Counted from the stretch's first letter, positions 40,964 through 52,473 are shown. The stretch: 64,000 nucleotides of DNA from Candidatus Kapaibacterium sp. (GCA_963664875.1 OY761611.1:416001-480000), one strand, 5' to 3'. Notes: generated from the letters alone by a model not told the origin. Numbers and translations: made by a program.

Positions 40964-41686
40964 ATGAAATCTATCTATCTTTTCTTAGCAATAATACTGT
41001 CTTTTTTGACAATTCAGTCTTGCAAAACTATTGATGAATCTAGCAGAAATACTATTAATCTATCTGAAAGACCATCAAATATTGATTCTGAGATGTCTAT
41101 AAGTATTAAATCTGAAGATATTTCTATAAGCGGAAAGGCAAAAGTAAAAATAGCAGGTACTGATTCATTGTTTATGGATATATCTGGACCTTTCGGCATT
41201 AAATTCGGAAAACTTTACGCTGATACAAATATATTTTATTTCTATAATGCAATGGAAAACACGGTATTAAAGGGCAAACCAACTGCTGAAAATATCAGAC
41301 GAGCAACTTACTTAAATATATCTGCTATTGATATTATCAATCTTTTCAAGAACCTTCCCCCTTCTAAAGAACAAAATTATAGAGAAGCAGGAAAACACGA
41401 CAATGGTACATTATATCAGTATAAAAATGAGTTTTTGATTTTGAATGCAAAATCGCAGATGATTCAATATCAGAGGAAAAACGAGGTAAACGACTTGGAG
41501 TTGAATATTATATATTCTGACTTTAATCAGTATAGTAATTTTGAGATGCCGTCTACATTTTTGATAGATGCACCGATAGCGAGCAGTACAGTTAATATTT
41601 CAATAAAACAAATGACTTTTCCTGCAGAATTTGAAAACGCATTTAAGTTTTCGATACCTCAAAGCGCTAAAATTATCGAATTATAG
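40964..41686 (+). CDS. DUF4292-like / LolB-like lipoprotein
   Basis: Lipobox IQSC; DSLFMDISGPFGI; FKFSIP tail. Confidence 0.65.
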   Translation: MKSIYLFLAIILSFLTIQSCKTIDESSRNTINLSERPSNIDSEMSISIKSEDISISGKAKVKIAGTDSLFMDISGPFGIKFGKLYADTNIFYFYNAMENTVLKGKPTAENIRRATYLNISAIDIINLFKNLPPSKEQNYREAGKHDNGTLYQYKNEFLILNAKSQMIQYQRKNEVNDLELNIIYSDFNQYSNFEMPSTFLIDAPIASSTVNISIKQMTFPAEFENAFKFSIPQSAKIIEL

Positions 41687-41693
41687 ATAAAAA

Positions 41694-41728
41694 CAAAGCT
41701 CTTCAGAAAAATATCCGGAAGAGCTTTG
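41694..41728. terminator. Hairpin between convergent genes
   Basis: CAAAGCTCTTC...GAAGAGCTTTG. Confidence 0.7.
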
Positions 41729-41751
41729 CATTGAAAAACATATATGTTGTT

Positions 41752-43992
41752 TTATTTTTTCATAAGATTTGGAATAGCACTTTCGTATAAATCTATAATA
41801 TCGGCAACTGTATATGAAATGGAGTTGTTGATACTGAAATTATCTTTAGTAACTGTTCCGATTTTTTTGCAAGCAGTCAGATACTCTGCACATAATGCTT
41901 CGAATTGATTTGCTTTTTCAGGTGAAACAGAAACAATAATTCGTGAATGCGATTCACCAAAAAGTGCGGCTTGGTTGTTATCTAAGCTAATATTGCATCC
42001 TAAGCTGCCGCTCATAATAGCTTTTTCAGCTAAAGCAATGGCAATACCACCTTCACTTGTATCGTGAGCTGAATTGATTAAGCCTTTCTGTATTGCAGAA
42101 AGAGTAGCTTTATGCAACTGTCTTTCTTCTTCTAAATCCAATTCAGGAGCTTCTCCGGTAATTTTGCCGGTAAGGAGTTTCAAATATTCAGATCCGCCGA
42201 TTTCTGTTCTGTCACTTCCAAGAATGTAGATAAAGTCACCTTCATTTTTGAAATTTGCACTCATTACTTTTGTCATATCATCAATAATGCCCAGCATACC
42301 AATAGTTGGTGTAGGATAAATTGCTCTGTCTCTTGATTCATTGTGGAAAGAAACATTACCTCCCGTTACCGGAGTATCAAAAGCACGACAAGCAGCACCC
42401 ATACCTCTAATTACTTCTTTGAACTGCCAATAAACTTCAGGATCGTAAGGATTTCCAAAATTCAAGCAGTTTGTAATAGCGACCGGAACTGCACCTGTAC
42501 AAACAACGTTTCTGGCAGCTTCAGATACAGCAGCTAAACCACCTCTATATGGATTCAAATAAGCATAACGGCTATTGCAATCGGTACAAACAGCAATACC
42601 TTTGTTTTCTATTTCTTTTATTCTTAAAACAGCAGCATCACCTTTGATAGCTACAGTATTTGTACGTACCTGAGAATCATATTGTTCAAATATCCATCTT
42701 TTAGATGCGATATTCGGAGTAGAAATAAGTTTTTCAAAAACTTCTTTATCTGAATATTTAGATTCAATATTTTTTGTATCAAAAGAAGATGTTTCTTTTA
42801 AGTAAGCAGGCTTTTTAGCAGGTCTGTCATTTACAGGAGCTCCACCGCCTAATACAAGGTGATCAGCTTCTAATTTAGAAACAAATTTACCGTTTCTAAA
42901 TACATTGACATCACCATCATTAGTAATAAAACCAATTTCAGTAATAGGAACATCCCATTTTGCACATATTTGTTTTGCTTGCTCTTCTTTACCTTTTTCT
43001 ATTACTACTAACATCCTTTCCTGAGATTCGGAAAGCATAATTTCGTAGGCAGTCATATCTTTTTCGCGAAGAGGAACTTTATCTAAATCTACGTGCATAC
43101 CGATATTAGGGAAACGGGCACTCATTTCGGAAGTTGAGCAAGATATACCTGCAGCACCCATATCTTGGATACCTACTACTACACCTGCTTTGATAAGCTC
43201 CAGAGTTGCTTCTAACAACAATTTTTCAGCAAAAGGATCACCAACTTGTACAGTTGGTCGCATATCTTCAGTTTTTTCGTCAAACTCTCTGGAAGCTAAA
43301 AGTGAAGCACCATGGATACCGTCACGTCCTGTAGAGCTTCCAACAATCATAACTGGGTTTCCTACACCATTAGCTGCTGCAGAGGCAGTTTGGTCAGTTT
43401 TTACGATACCGACAGCCATTGCATTTACTAGTGGATTGTCAAAATAACATTCGTCAAAATAAATCTCACCACCAACTGTAGGAACACCAAAGCAGTTTCC
43501 GTAATGGCTTATACCTTCAACGACACCATTCAAAAGGAATTTTGTTCTTGGATTGTCAAGTTCACCAAATCTTAGAGAATTGAGAGCAGCTATAGGTCTG
43601 GCACCCATAGTAAAAATATCTCTTAAAATACCACCAACACCTGTAGCAGCACCTTGGAAAGGTTCTATTGCCGAAGGGTGATTATGGCTTTCAATTTTAA
43701 AAGCAATTGCATAACCGTTTCCAATATCTACTAAACCGGCATTTTCTTCACCGGCTTCTACCAAAAGTCTGCCGCCGGAGCGTGGCAAAGTTTTGAGTTG
43801 TTTAATAGAATTTTTATAAGAACAGTGCTCACTCCACATTACACCATAAATTCCAATTTCAGTGTATGTAGGTTTTCTGCCTAACTTATTCAAAATTTTA
43901 TTGTATTCCTCTTCTGTAAGACCACATTCGATAGCCGTATCAAGAGTAACTTCAATCTCAGAGTAGAGATTTGAGATGTCATAATTTGCCAT
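41752..43992 (-). CDS. purL: Phosphoribosylformylglycinamidine synthase subunit PurL (small type)
   Basis: MWSEHCSYK, ESHNHPS, DMGAAG, SESQERM, GGNVSF; start at ATG 43992. Confidence 0.95.
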   Translation of the reverse strand: MANYDISNLYSEIEVTLDTAIECGLTEEEYNKILNKLGRKPTYTEIGIYGVMWSEHCSYKNSIKQLKTLPRSGGRLLVEAGEENAGLVDIGNGYAIAFKIESHNHPSAIEPFQGAATGVGGILRDIFTMGARPIAALNSLRFGELDNPRTKFLLNGVVEGISHYGNCFGVPTVGGEIYFDECYFDNPLVNAMAVGIVKTDQTASAAANGVGNPVMIVGSSTGRDGIHGASLLASREFDEKTEDMRPTVQVGDPFAEKLLLEATLELIKAGVVVGIQDMGAAGISCSTSEMSARFPNIGMHVDLDKVPLREKDMTAYEIMLSESQERMLVVIEKGKEEQAKQICAKWDVPITEIGFITNDGDVNVFRNGKFVSKLEADHLVLGGGAPVNDRPAKKPAYLKETSSFDTKNIESKYSDKEVFEKLISTPNIASKRWIFEQYDSQVRTNTVAIKGDAAVLRIKEIENKGIAVCTDCNSRYAYLNPYRGGLAAVSEAARNVVCTGAVPVAITNCLNFGNPYDPEVYWQFKEVIRGMGAACRAFDTPVTGGNVSFHNESRDRAIYPTPTIGMLGIIDDMTKVMSANFKNEGDFIYILGSDRTEIGGSEYLKLLTGKITGEAPELDLEEERQLHKATLSAIQKGLINSAHDTSEGGIAIALAEKAIMSGSLGCNISLDNNQAALFGESHSRIIVSVSPEKANQFEALCAEYLTACKKIGTVTKDNFSINNSISYTVADIIDLYESAIPNLMKK

Positions 43993-44210
43993 TTTGCACA
44001 CTTTTGATAATTGACTCAAAAAAACTTAGAACAAAAATAATACTTTTTCGTATTAAAGCCTTAGAAAAGATACAGTATTTGTATAACTTATCTAAGTTCT
44101 TTAGAAAATTGAATTTATAGATGCTCCCATACTGATTAAAAACTAATATTATTCCTTTGGGAGTTTTTTTATATTTGAACTTAGAAAACTATTTCAGTTT
44201 ATTTAGTACC

Positions 44211-44849
44211 ATGTTCGAGAAAATGGAAACATTAAAAGATAGAATAATTAGCGAAGCTGCTGAAATGTTCCTGAAAAACGGTTACAGAAAAGTAAGGACT
44301 GACGACATAGCCGGCAATATCGGAATCAGCAAAAGAACTCTGTATGAATACTTCTCGTCTAAGCAAGACTTGCTTATAGCAGTTATTTCATATTTACATA
44401 GTCGTAAGATTAGTAGAATGAAGATATTGATTACAAAATTGCGAGATGCAAATAAAGAAGATTTTATAAGTGCTCTCAAACAATTTTGGCTTGAAGACAC
44501 AAAACTATTGAAATCAATAAGCTATGATTTTGTAGAGGATGTTAAAAAAATCGCTCCAAAAAAATGGAAAGATTTTGTTGAAGAAACAGATCACGACGAA
44601 TATCTTGATGAGTTAGTCAAAATAGGAGAAACACACGGCTTCTTCAAAAAAATGATAGACTACCGCCTTTTTAGACTTTTGCACAGACATGCTCTGTTTG
44701 GAATTTTTACAAACGAAGATTTTACGAGCCTCAATTATACACTCGAAAAGCTTATTGAAGAAACTTTCTATATTTTCTTTTTTGGGATACTTTCTGACGA
44801 AGGGCAGGATATTTTCAATAAAGAGTTTAAAATCGAAACAAATAACTAA
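44211..44849 (+). CDS. TetR/AcrR family transcriptional regulator
   Basis: HTH DDIAGNIGISKRTLYEYFSSK; heads the efflux operon; start 44211 or 44223. Confidence 0.9.
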   Translation: MFEKMETLKDRIISEAAEMFLKNGYRKVRTDDIAGNIGISKRTLYEYFSSKQDLLIAVISYLHSRKISRMKILITKLRDANKEDFISALKQFWLEDTKLLKSISYDFVEDVKKIAPKKWKDFVEETDHDEYLDELVKIGETHGFFKKMIDYRLFRLLHRHALFGIFTNEDFTSLNYTLEKLIEETFYIFFFGILSDEGQDIFNKEFKIETNN

Positions 44850-44877
44850 TTGTATTAACAAATAGAGTTGAACAACG

Positions 44878-46347
44878 ATGATCAAATCCGCTCTAAAAAA
44901 TGTTCCACTATTACTAACAGCGTTAGTTGTGTTTCTGGCTTCAAATGGTTTAGAATCCAAAGCAGAAAATTTGTCTTTGAATTTGGATCAAGCTATTGAG
45001 ATGGCTTTAGAAAACAATCATGATACGAAAAAAGCTTTGCTTGAAGTGGATAAAGCTCAGGCGGCAATCGACGAAGCATATGGGTATGCATATCCGACTG
45101 TTGATTTGTCAGGGCAATATCACCATTTTCTTGAAAAACCTAAAATGCCTTTCCCCGATCTTGAAGGTCAATTTGGTAAAGGTATGATCGAAACTTTGAA
45201 TCAGTTCAAACTTATCACTTCCCAAGAATATACAGACGCAATGAAACAGTTTGATAATTCAGGTGGGGAAACTCTTTCTGATGCTTTTACTCAAACAAAC
45301 AATTTCGAAACGAAATTGGCTGTTTCTCAAGTACTTTTCAGCTCTGCTGTTTTTACTGGTATTGGTGCGTCAGAGGATTATTATAACCTATCAAAAGAAC
45401 AATTGAAGTCAGTAGTCAATAAAACTGTATTTGATGTTAAAAAGACTTTTTATGGTGTTTTATTGGCAAAGGAAGCCCGAGATATTTTACAACAGAGTTT
45501 TGAAAATGCTCAAACAAATCTTTCCAATGTTAAAGCATTTTATGAGCAAGGATTAGCCGCAGAATATGATAAAATGCAAGCAGAAATTCAAGTCGAAAAT
45601 ATTAGACCACAAGTTTTAGAAGCAGAAAATAGATTAAAGGATGCTACAAACGGACTAAAAATGATATTAGGACTCGATAACGAAGCTGAGATTACATTGT
45701 TAGGAGAACTAGATTATTTAGTTTATAATTTGAATTCTTATAATGACTTGAAAAATACTGCATTAGAAGAAAACTATGATATAAGGACCTTAAAAAGCAA
45801 AGTGAAGTTAGATCAAGCTCAGATTGAACTTACAGAATCTGAATATTGGCCTACGATAGCAGCCTTTGGGAATCTATCTTACAACGGTGTTTCGAACGAC
45901 TTTGACTTTACAACTTATTCTTCTGCTTTAGTTGGATTAAACTTCTCTATCAATCTTTTTCAGGGTGGTAGAACATTCCATAAAAGACAGCAAAACGAAA
46001 TCTCAAAAATGCAGACAGAAACTCAAATAAATCAGATGAAAGAATATTTGAGTATGGATATAAAAACCAAGCTAAATGAGATAGAAAGAGTTCAAAGTTC
46101 TCTTGAAGCTCAAGAACGCAACGTAAAGCTTGCAGAAAAGGCATACACTATGTCTGAAGTAAGATATAAAGAAGGTTCAGGAACTCAACTTGAAGTTTTA
46201 AATGCTGACATTGCATTGAAACAAGCCAAAACAAACAGGCTCAATTCGGTTTATAACTATATTACTGCAATTGCAGAGTTAGATAAAATACTTGGCAAAG
46301 TAGATGACAAGTATATGCGTAGATTCATGAATAAGAAACAAAATTAA
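44878..46347 (+). CDS. TolC-family outer membrane efflux protein
   Basis: LDQAIEMALENN, YPTVDL, RYKEGSGTQLEVLNA. Confidence 0.9.
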   Translation: MIKSALKNVPLLLTALVVFLASNGLESKAENLSLNLDQAIEMALENNHDTKKALLEVDKAQAAIDEAYGYAYPTVDLSGQYHHFLEKPKMPFPDLEGQFGKGMIETLNQFKLITSQEYTDAMKQFDNSGGETLSDAFTQTNNFETKLAVSQVLFSSAVFTGIGASEDYYNLSKEQLKSVVNKTVFDVKKTFYGVLLAKEARDILQQSFENAQTNLSNVKAFYEQGLAAEYDKMQAEIQVENIRPQVLEAENRLKDATNGLKMILGLDNEAEITLLGELDYLVYNLNSYNDLKNTALEENYDIRTLKSKVKLDQAQIELTESEYWPTIAAFGNLSYNGVSNDFDFTTYSSALVGLNFSINLFQGGRTFHKRQQNEISKMQTETQINQMKEYLSMDIKTKLNEIERVQSSLEAQERNVKLAEKAYTMSEVRYKEGSGTQLEVLNADIALKQAKTNRLNSVYNYITAIAELDKILGKVDDKYMRRFMNKKQN

Positions 46348-46373
46348 TACATAATGTGGAGTATTTAGATACC

Positions 46374-47423
46374 ATGAAAAGAATCAGTTTTTCAGGATCA
46401 AAATTATTATTGGCTACTGTAATGTGCGGAGCTTTAGTATTAGCTTCATGCGAAAAAGAAAAAAAAGAACCCCCTATGTCTATGGAACAGTTACACGACG
46501 CTAATGGATTACCTGTATCTATAGAGGTAATCAACAAAAGTGGTTTTTCCAAAAAATTAAGCTTTTACTCTACGTTGCGTGGCATCAAAGAAGCTACAAT
46601 AGGAGCTCCTATTGGTGGAAAAATAGAAAAAATCAAAGTAAAAGTTGGTGATCATGTAAAAGAAGATCAAATTATTGCACAGTTCCCTCTTGATTCTCCA
46701 AGTATGCAGTATGAGCAAGCAAAAGCAGGTTTGGAAAATTCAGAAAAACTATATAAAAGAATGAAAGCTCTTTTGGAAACAGGTGAAATTTCACAACAAA
46801 AATATGATGATGTTGAAACAAAATATCTTGTTGACAAAAGAAACTTTGAAACTATCAAACAGGCACTTTTTGTAGAAGCTCCGTTTGACGGTGTTGTTAC
46901 AAATGTTGCACTTAATGAAGGTGATAATATCAGTGAAAAAACACCAATCATGACTATTGCTCAACTTAACACTTTGACTGCTAAAGTTTGGATTTCTGAT
47001 ACTGAAGTAAATCAAATTAAGACAGGTATGGTGGCAAAAACTACTTGGCTTGGTGAAACTTATACAGGTAAAGTCTCTGAAGTAGCAATATCAAAAGATG
47101 CACATAAACAAGCATTTTATGCGGAAATTCAATTCCCTAATTCAGACAGAAAACTAAAAAGTGGCTTGACTCTCGATATTGATGTTTTATCTGAAACTGC
47201 TGACAACATTTATGTTATTCAGAGAAATTATGTACAGGAAGAAGGCGACAAAAAATTCATCTATATTGAAAAAGATGGTGTAGCTCACAAAAAAGAAGTT
47301 AAAACAGGCACTGAAAGTGGTATTGAAATTGAAATATTAGAAGGATTGCAAGACGGCGATCATCTAATCAATTGCTGTTTCAATAAGTTAGAAGACGGAA
47401 CGAAAGTAAAAGTGGTCAAATAA
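46374..47423 (+). CDS. RND periplasmic adaptor (MFP) lipoprotein
   Basis: Lipobox LASC; GKIEKIKVKVGD, APFDGVV, EILEGLQDGD. Confidence 0.9.
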   Translation: MKRISFSGSKLLLATVMCGALVLASCEKEKKEPPMSMEQLHDANGLPVSIEVINKSGFSKKLSFYSTLRGIKEATIGAPIGGKIEKIKVKVGDHVKEDQIIAQFPLDSPSMQYEQAKAGLENSEKLYKRMKALLETGEISQQKYDDVETKYLVDKRNFETIKQALFVEAPFDGVVTNVALNEGDNISEKTPIMTIAQLNTLTAKVWISDTEVNQIKTGMVAKTTWLGETYTGKVSEVAISKDAHKQAFYAEIQFPNSDRKLKSGLTLDIDVLSETADNIYVIQRNYVQEEGDKKFIYIEKDGVAHKKEVKTGTESGIEIEILEGLQDGDHLINCCFNKLEDGTKVKVVK

Positions 47424-47433
47424 GGGGAAAACA

Positions 47434-50400
47434 ATGTTTTTAGCAAAAATCTCAATAAATAGACCTATCATGGTCACTATGGGTATTTTGGTTCTAATGA
47501 TTTTTGGTGCTATTGCTTATACAACTTTAAATCTAAACAGAACTCCTGAAGTTGATATACCTTTTATCACTATACAGACTATTTACCCGGGTGCCGGACC
47601 AAAAGAAATAGAAACACAGATTTCTAAAAAAATTGAAGACGCCGTAGCAACAGTTAGTGAAATCAAACGAATTGAGTCTTACTCTTTAGATGGTGTTTCC
47701 ATCGTTATGATTGAGTTTAACTTGTCTAAAGACGTAGATGTGGCAAGTCAGGAAGTTAAAGATAAAATTGATGTTATAATTAACGAATTACCTGATGATG
47801 CAGAAGATCCAATTACTGAAAAATTTGACTTTTCAGCTGAACCAATAGTTGATATTGTGCTTAGTGGCAAAAATCAAACTCCACAAGAACTTTTCGATAT
47901 TGCTGACAAACAGCTTAAAGACAGATTTTCGCAGATAAAAGGTGTCGCAAATGTTGAATTGGTTGGTGGTCAGGAAAGAGAAATTCAAGTACAATTAGAT
48001 AATAAAACTGTATTTGAAAATTACATTTCCTTGCCTCAGTTGATGCAAATACTGAAAGCACACAATATGGATTTGCCGGGAGGCTATTTCAATATCGGAG
48101 ATTTGGAATATACTGTTCGTGTTGAAGGTGAATATGATAAGCTTGAAGATATGCGTGAGCTCGAAATACCAACTGCTTTCGGCAACAAGAAACTCAAACA
48201 ACTTGCAGATGTTGTTGATGGAGGGAAAAAAATAAGAGAGCGTGCTGTTTACTTCAACAACAACACAAAAACTCGAGACGAGAATGTTGTTAGGTTATCT
48301 ATTGTAAAAAGTTCAGAAGGTAATGAAGTAGATGTTGCCGATGAAATAAAAGCAAAATTACCGGAAATCAAAGAAACTTTACCGGAGGGCTGTAATCTTG
48401 AATTGATCAATGACAAATCTACATTTACAAGATCAACGGTAGATGATACAATAAGCAATATTATTCTTGGTGTATTATTTACATCCATAGTATTGCTGTT
48501 CTTTTTACATGATTTGCGATCTACTTTTATTATCGCTCTATCAATGCCTACATCAGTAATCATAACATTCCTATTGATGCAATATGCAGGATTTACTCAA
48601 AATATGATGTCGCTGATGGGTATCTCGGTGTCTATTGGTGTTTTGGTTGCAAACTCTGTAGTTGTGCTTGAAAATATTTTTAGACACAAGAGTATGGGCG
48701 TGGAAAAGAAACAGGCTGCGTTCAAAGGTACTGCAGAAGTAACTGTAGCAGTTGTAGCTTCTACTTTGACAAACATTGTAGTATTTGTGCCTCTGGGTAA
48801 TATTAGCTCTATCGTTGGTGAATTCTTAAAAGAGTTAGCTTTCACAGCTGCATTCGCAACTATAGTTTCACTATTAATGTCATTTACATTGACTCCAATG
48901 CTTGCCTCATTAATTCTACCCGAAAAGCAAAAAACGGGTGCAATAAGCAGATTTATCGAATCAATGTTAGATGGTTTGTCAAATCTATATGGTGGAACAT
49001 TAAACTGGGTAATGAAAAATAAAATCATTTCCACAGTTGTAGTAGTCTCAAGTTTTGCATTTTTTGTTTGGACAATGGACTTCTACGGTAGCCGATTAAG
49101 TGGTGAATTCATGCCAAACATGGACGATGGAAAGATTAAAGTTGAAGTGGAATTGCCACAGGGTTATAATCTTGATCAAACTGCAAAAGTAATGGAAGAT
49201 GTTGAGCAGAGATTAAGCAAGTTTGAAGATATTGACCACACAATAACAAATCTTGGCAAAAAAGGTCAGATGGATATTGGTACAAACATGGCAGTAATGG
49301 AAGTTTATTTCAACAAAGCAAGCGAAAGATATACAGGCATAGTTGATTATACAACATATTTGACGAAAGAATTATCCGAAGTTCCTAACGCAGATATAAA
49401 AGTATCACTTTTAGAAAGTATGGGCGGAGGCTCTGCACCAATCGAATTTTTTATTCTTGGTCAGAACTTGGATACTTTAGAATCTTTAAAAACAATGTTC
49501 TATGAAAAAACTAAAACAATACCAGGTCTTATCAACTATGATTTTAGTTCAAGACCGGGCAAACCTGAAATTACTGTTACTCCTAAAAGGGATAAAATAA
49601 CGCAAGCAGGTCTAACTGCCACAGAAATCGCTCTTACCGTCCGTTCTGCAGTAGAAGGTATGGTTGCAACACAATTTAAAGAAAAAGGAAATGAGTACGA
49701 TATACTTGTAACCTTAGATAGAGCATCCGTGGATACACCTGAAGAAATTAAGAACATACCGATTGTATCACAAAACGGTGTAGTTTATCGATTGGCACAG
49801 TTAGCTGATGTAGAATTTACAAGCGGGGTTTCTAAAGTAATCCATAGAGACAAATATACTGCTATTAAATTCACGGGATATAATGCTCCGGGAACTGCAA
49901 CAGGTGATTTGCTTAAAGCACTTGAAGAAAAGATGAAAGATACAAAATTGCCTGAGGGGTACCAATATAAATGGGCAGGTACTACAGAAATGCAAAATGA
50001 AATGATGGCAGATCTTGCATTTGCAGGATTATTAGCTATCGTCTTAACTTATATGCTTCTTGCAGCTATGCTTGAAAGTTTCTGGCAACCGGTACTCATC
50101 CTGGCAACATTACCATTAGCATTTATCGGTGTGTTTATTCTTATGTACTATACAGATACAAATATTGGTCTGACTGCTCTTATGGGTATGATTATGTTGA
50201 TTGGTATCGTAGTTAATAATGCAATTTTGATACTTGATTATGTAAATCAGCTTATAAGAGAAGAGGGTTATACAGCAAAAGACGCATTACTAAAAGCTGC
50301 TCCTTTGAAATTGAAACCAATTTTAATGTCAACAATAGCAATTATTCTTGGTATGTTGCCTATGGCAATGGGCGTAGGTGATGCAGGTAAAGAGATGCGT

Positions 50401-50511
50401 ATTCCTTTAGGTATAGTTTCTATTGGTGGTTTGGTAGCCTCTACCCTACTAACACTTTATGTTGTACCTGCGTTTATGTATATTACTTCAAGAAACAAAA
50501 AAGCAGCGTAA
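47434..50511 (+). CDS. RND efflux permease (AcrB/AcrD/AcrF family)
   Basis: INRPI, YPGAGP, GVLVANSVVVLENI, GIVVNNAIL, LKPILMST; 1025 aa. Confidence 0.93.
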   Translation: MFLAKISINRPIMVTMGILVLMIFGAIAYTTLNLNRTPEVDIPFITIQTIYPGAGPKEIETQISKKIEDAVATVSEIKRIESYSLDGVSIVMIEFNLSKDVDVASQEVKDKIDVIINELPDDAEDPITEKFDFSAEPIVDIVLSGKNQTPQELFDIADKQLKDRFSQIKGVANVELVGGQEREIQVQLDNKTVFENYISLPQLMQILKAHNMDLPGGYFNIGDLEYTVRVEGEYDKLEDMRELEIPTAFGNKKLKQLADVVDGGKKIRERAVYFNNNTKTRDENVVRLSIVKSSEGNEVDVADEIKAKLPEIKETLPEGCNLELINDKSTFTRSTVDDTISNIILGVLFTSIVLLFFLHDLRSTFIIALSMPTSVIITFLLMQYAGFTQNMMSLMGISVSIGVLVANSVVVLENIFRHKSMGVEKKQAAFKGTAEVTVAVVASTLTNIVVFVPLGNISSIVGEFLKELAFTAAFATIVSLLMSFTLTPMLASLILPEKQKTGAISRFIESMLDGLSNLYGGTLNWVMKNKIISTVVVVSSFAFFVWTMDFYGSRLSGEFMPNMDDGKIKVEVELPQGYNLDQTAKVMEDVEQRLSKFEDIDHTITNLGKKGQMDIGTNMAVMEVYFNKASERYTGIVDYTTYLTKELSEVPNADIKVSLLESMGGGSAPIEFFILGQNLDTLESLKTMFYEKTKTIPGLINYDFSSRPGKPEITVTPKRDKITQAGLTATEIALTVRSAVEGMVATQFKEKGNEYDILVTLDRASVDTPEEIKNIPIVSQNGVVYRLAQLADVEFTSGVSKVIHRDKYTAIKFTGYNAPGTATGDLLKALEEKMKDTKLPEGYQYKWAGTTEMQNEMMADLAFAGLLAIVLTYMLLAAMLESFWQPVLILATLPLAFIGVFILMYYTDTNIGLTALMGMIMLIGIVVNNAILILDYVNQLIREEGYTAKDALLKAAPLKLKPILMSTIAIILGMLPMAMGVGDAGKEMRIPLGIVSIGGLVASTLLTLYVVPAFMYITSRNKKAA

Positions 50512-50594
50512 CGTCTTGTAACAATCTGATATTATTATTTAATTAGAGACTGACTTATTCAAATTTCTCAATAAGTAACTCAATTCAAATATTC

Positions 50595-50637
50595 AGGACT
50601 AAGTTAGGAATTTTCCAGACTTGGTCCTCTATTTTTA
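50595..50637 (+). terminator. Probable terminator of the efflux operon
   Basis: AGGACTAAGTTAGGAA-TT-TTCCAGACTTGGTCCT followed by T-rich tract. Confidence 0.55.
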
Positions 50638-50777
50638 TTGTATGGAATTTGATCAAACTCATCTAACCTTGTTTATAAAATATATTGATGTGAATAACTT
50701 TTGTTGAGCAAATAATGATGAAATCTACTCGATTTTATTATCTTGTAAAATGTATCTACCACATATAAAACAATACT

Positions 50778-51887
50778 ATGGATAATAACATAAATAAACC
50801 GGAATGGGTTCCTGAGGATGCAGGCTCCGAATTTACAACGAATGTAATGAAAGGAGTTGATTTATCTGCTGTCAAAAAAAATAGAAATCTTAAGATAGTA
50901 AAACGTAAATCTCTTTCAATCAATGACTATGTCGAAGGTATTAAACAAAACGACTTGTCTATTATGTCTAAAGCAATTACTTTAGTTGAAAGCAACAATC
51001 CCCTACACAACCGTGAAGCTCAGGATGTTCTGAAAGCTCTTAACGGACTTACCGGTAATTCTGTTAGAGTAGGCATTACCGGACCTCCAGGTGCCGGAAA
51101 AAGTACTTTTATCGAAGCACTGGGAACATTCTTAGTCAAAAATGGTTTCAAAGTTGCTGTGTTAGCTGTTGATCCAAGCAGTACTGTTACAAAAGGTTCT
51201 ATTTTGGGCGATAAGACAAGAATGGAAATGCTTTCTCGTGAAAAAAATGCCTATATCCGACCTTCACCCTCAGGAGGTTCCTTAGGTGGCGTTGCAAAAA
51301 AAACAAGAGAAACGATTCAAATTTGCGAAGCTGCCGGATACGATGTAATTCTTATAGAAACTGTTGGCGTTGGGCAAAGCGAGACAACAGTGCGTTCTAT
51401 GGTTGATTTATTCATGTTGCTTCTACTCCCCGGTTCTGGTGACGAATTGCAGGGAATTAAGAAAGGTGTTGTAGAATTGGCTGATTTATTAGTAATCAAC
51501 AAAGCTGACGGTGACTATAAAACGCGAGCGAATATCACTAAAAATGCTTATGAGAGTGCTCTTTATCTTTTGCAACCTGCAACTGAAGGCTGGAAAACAC
51601 AAGTTAGAACTTGCTCTGCTTTAAATAATATTGACATTGATACTGTTTGGTCAACTGTAAATGAATTTGTACTCAACACTAAAGAATCAGGTGTTTTTGA
51701 GAAACGTCGAAAATCTCAGATATTGGAATGGGTTTATAGTATGATTGAAGACAATCTAAAAACTATTTTCTATAACAATCCGCTTATAAAGCAAAATATG
51801 CCTGATATTAAAAGTAGAGTAATGAAAGGAGATTTGACTCCGGCTTTAGCTGTTGAAGAGTTACTTAGTTATTTCGGGAAATTGTAG
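50778..51887 (+). CDS. meaB: Methylmalonyl-CoA mutase-associated GTPase
   Basis: GITGPPGAGKST, AVDPSS, GSILGDKTRM, ETVGVGQSE, GDELQGIKKG, NKAD. Confidence 0.93.
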   Translation: MDNNINKPEWVPEDAGSEFTTNVMKGVDLSAVKKNRNLKIVKRKSLSINDYVEGIKQNDLSIMSKAITLVESNNPLHNREAQDVLKALNGLTGNSVRVGITGPPGAGKSTFIEALGTFLVKNGFKVAVLAVDPSSTVTKGSILGDKTRMEMLSREKNAYIRPSPSGGSLGGVAKKTRETIQICEAAGYDVILIETVGVGQSETTVRSMVDLFMLLLLPGSGDELQGIKKGVVELADLLVINKADGDYKTRANITKNAYESALYLLQPATEGWKTQVRTCSALNNIDIDTVWSTVNEFVLNTKESGVFEKRRKSQILEWVYSMIEDNLKTIFYNNPLIKQNMPDIKSRVMKGDLTPALAVEELLSYFGKL

Positions 51888-51888
51888 C

Positions 51889-52473
51889 ATGAAAATTCTT
51901 ATTGCTTCTAACAATAATCACAAAATCCAAGAAATAAATTCTATCTGTGAATCAGTTTTACCCGGATACTTTAAGTTTTTCAAGTTAGATGATATTATTT
52001 CTGAGCCATTCGATGTGGAAGAAACTGGAATTACATTAGAAGAAAATGCAATTTTGAAGGCGAAAGCATATTATCAAATTGCAAAAATGCCGGTACTTGC
52101 TGATGATACAGGCTTAGAAGTAAGAGCACTTGACTATAAACCAGGTGTTTACTCTGCGAGATATTCGGGCAAGCATGGTGATGATGCTGCAAACAGAAGA
52201 TTGTTGCTTAAAAACATGGAATCTGAGAGCGATAGATATGCACATTTCAGGACTGTGCTCTGCTTTTTTGATGGTTCTAAAGAGATCATTGTAGAGGGCA
52301 AATGTGCCGGGAAGATTGCTTTTCAAGAAATTGGAGATAACGGTTTCGGTTATGATTCCATTTTCATTCCTGAAGGATATTCAGACACATTTGCAGAGCT
52401 ATCTACAGCAGAAAAAAATGCTATTAGTCATAGATTCAAAGCAGTTATGAACTTTGCAAAATTGTTTGTGTGA
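51889..52473 (+). CDS. rdgB: Non-canonical purine NTP pyrophosphatase (RdgB/HAM1)
   Basis: ASNNNHK, ENAILKA, ADDTGL, PGVYSARY, GFGYD, KNAISHR; start at ATG 51889. Confidence 0.93.
   Translation: MKILIASNNNHKIQEINSICESVLPGYFKFFKLDDIISEPFDVEETGITLEENAILKAKAYYQIAKMPVLADDTGLEVRALDYKPGVYSARYSGKHGDDAANRRLLLKNMESESDRYAHFRTVLCFFDGSKEIIVEGKCAGKIAFQEIGDNGFGYDSIFIPEGYSDTFAELSTAEKNAISHRFKAVMNFAKLFV

Noticed and set aside
44021-44190. Repeated TTAGAA(A/C) words upstream of tetR as an operator array
   Set aside because: Short, AT-rich and irregularly arranged; cannot be distinguished from chance.
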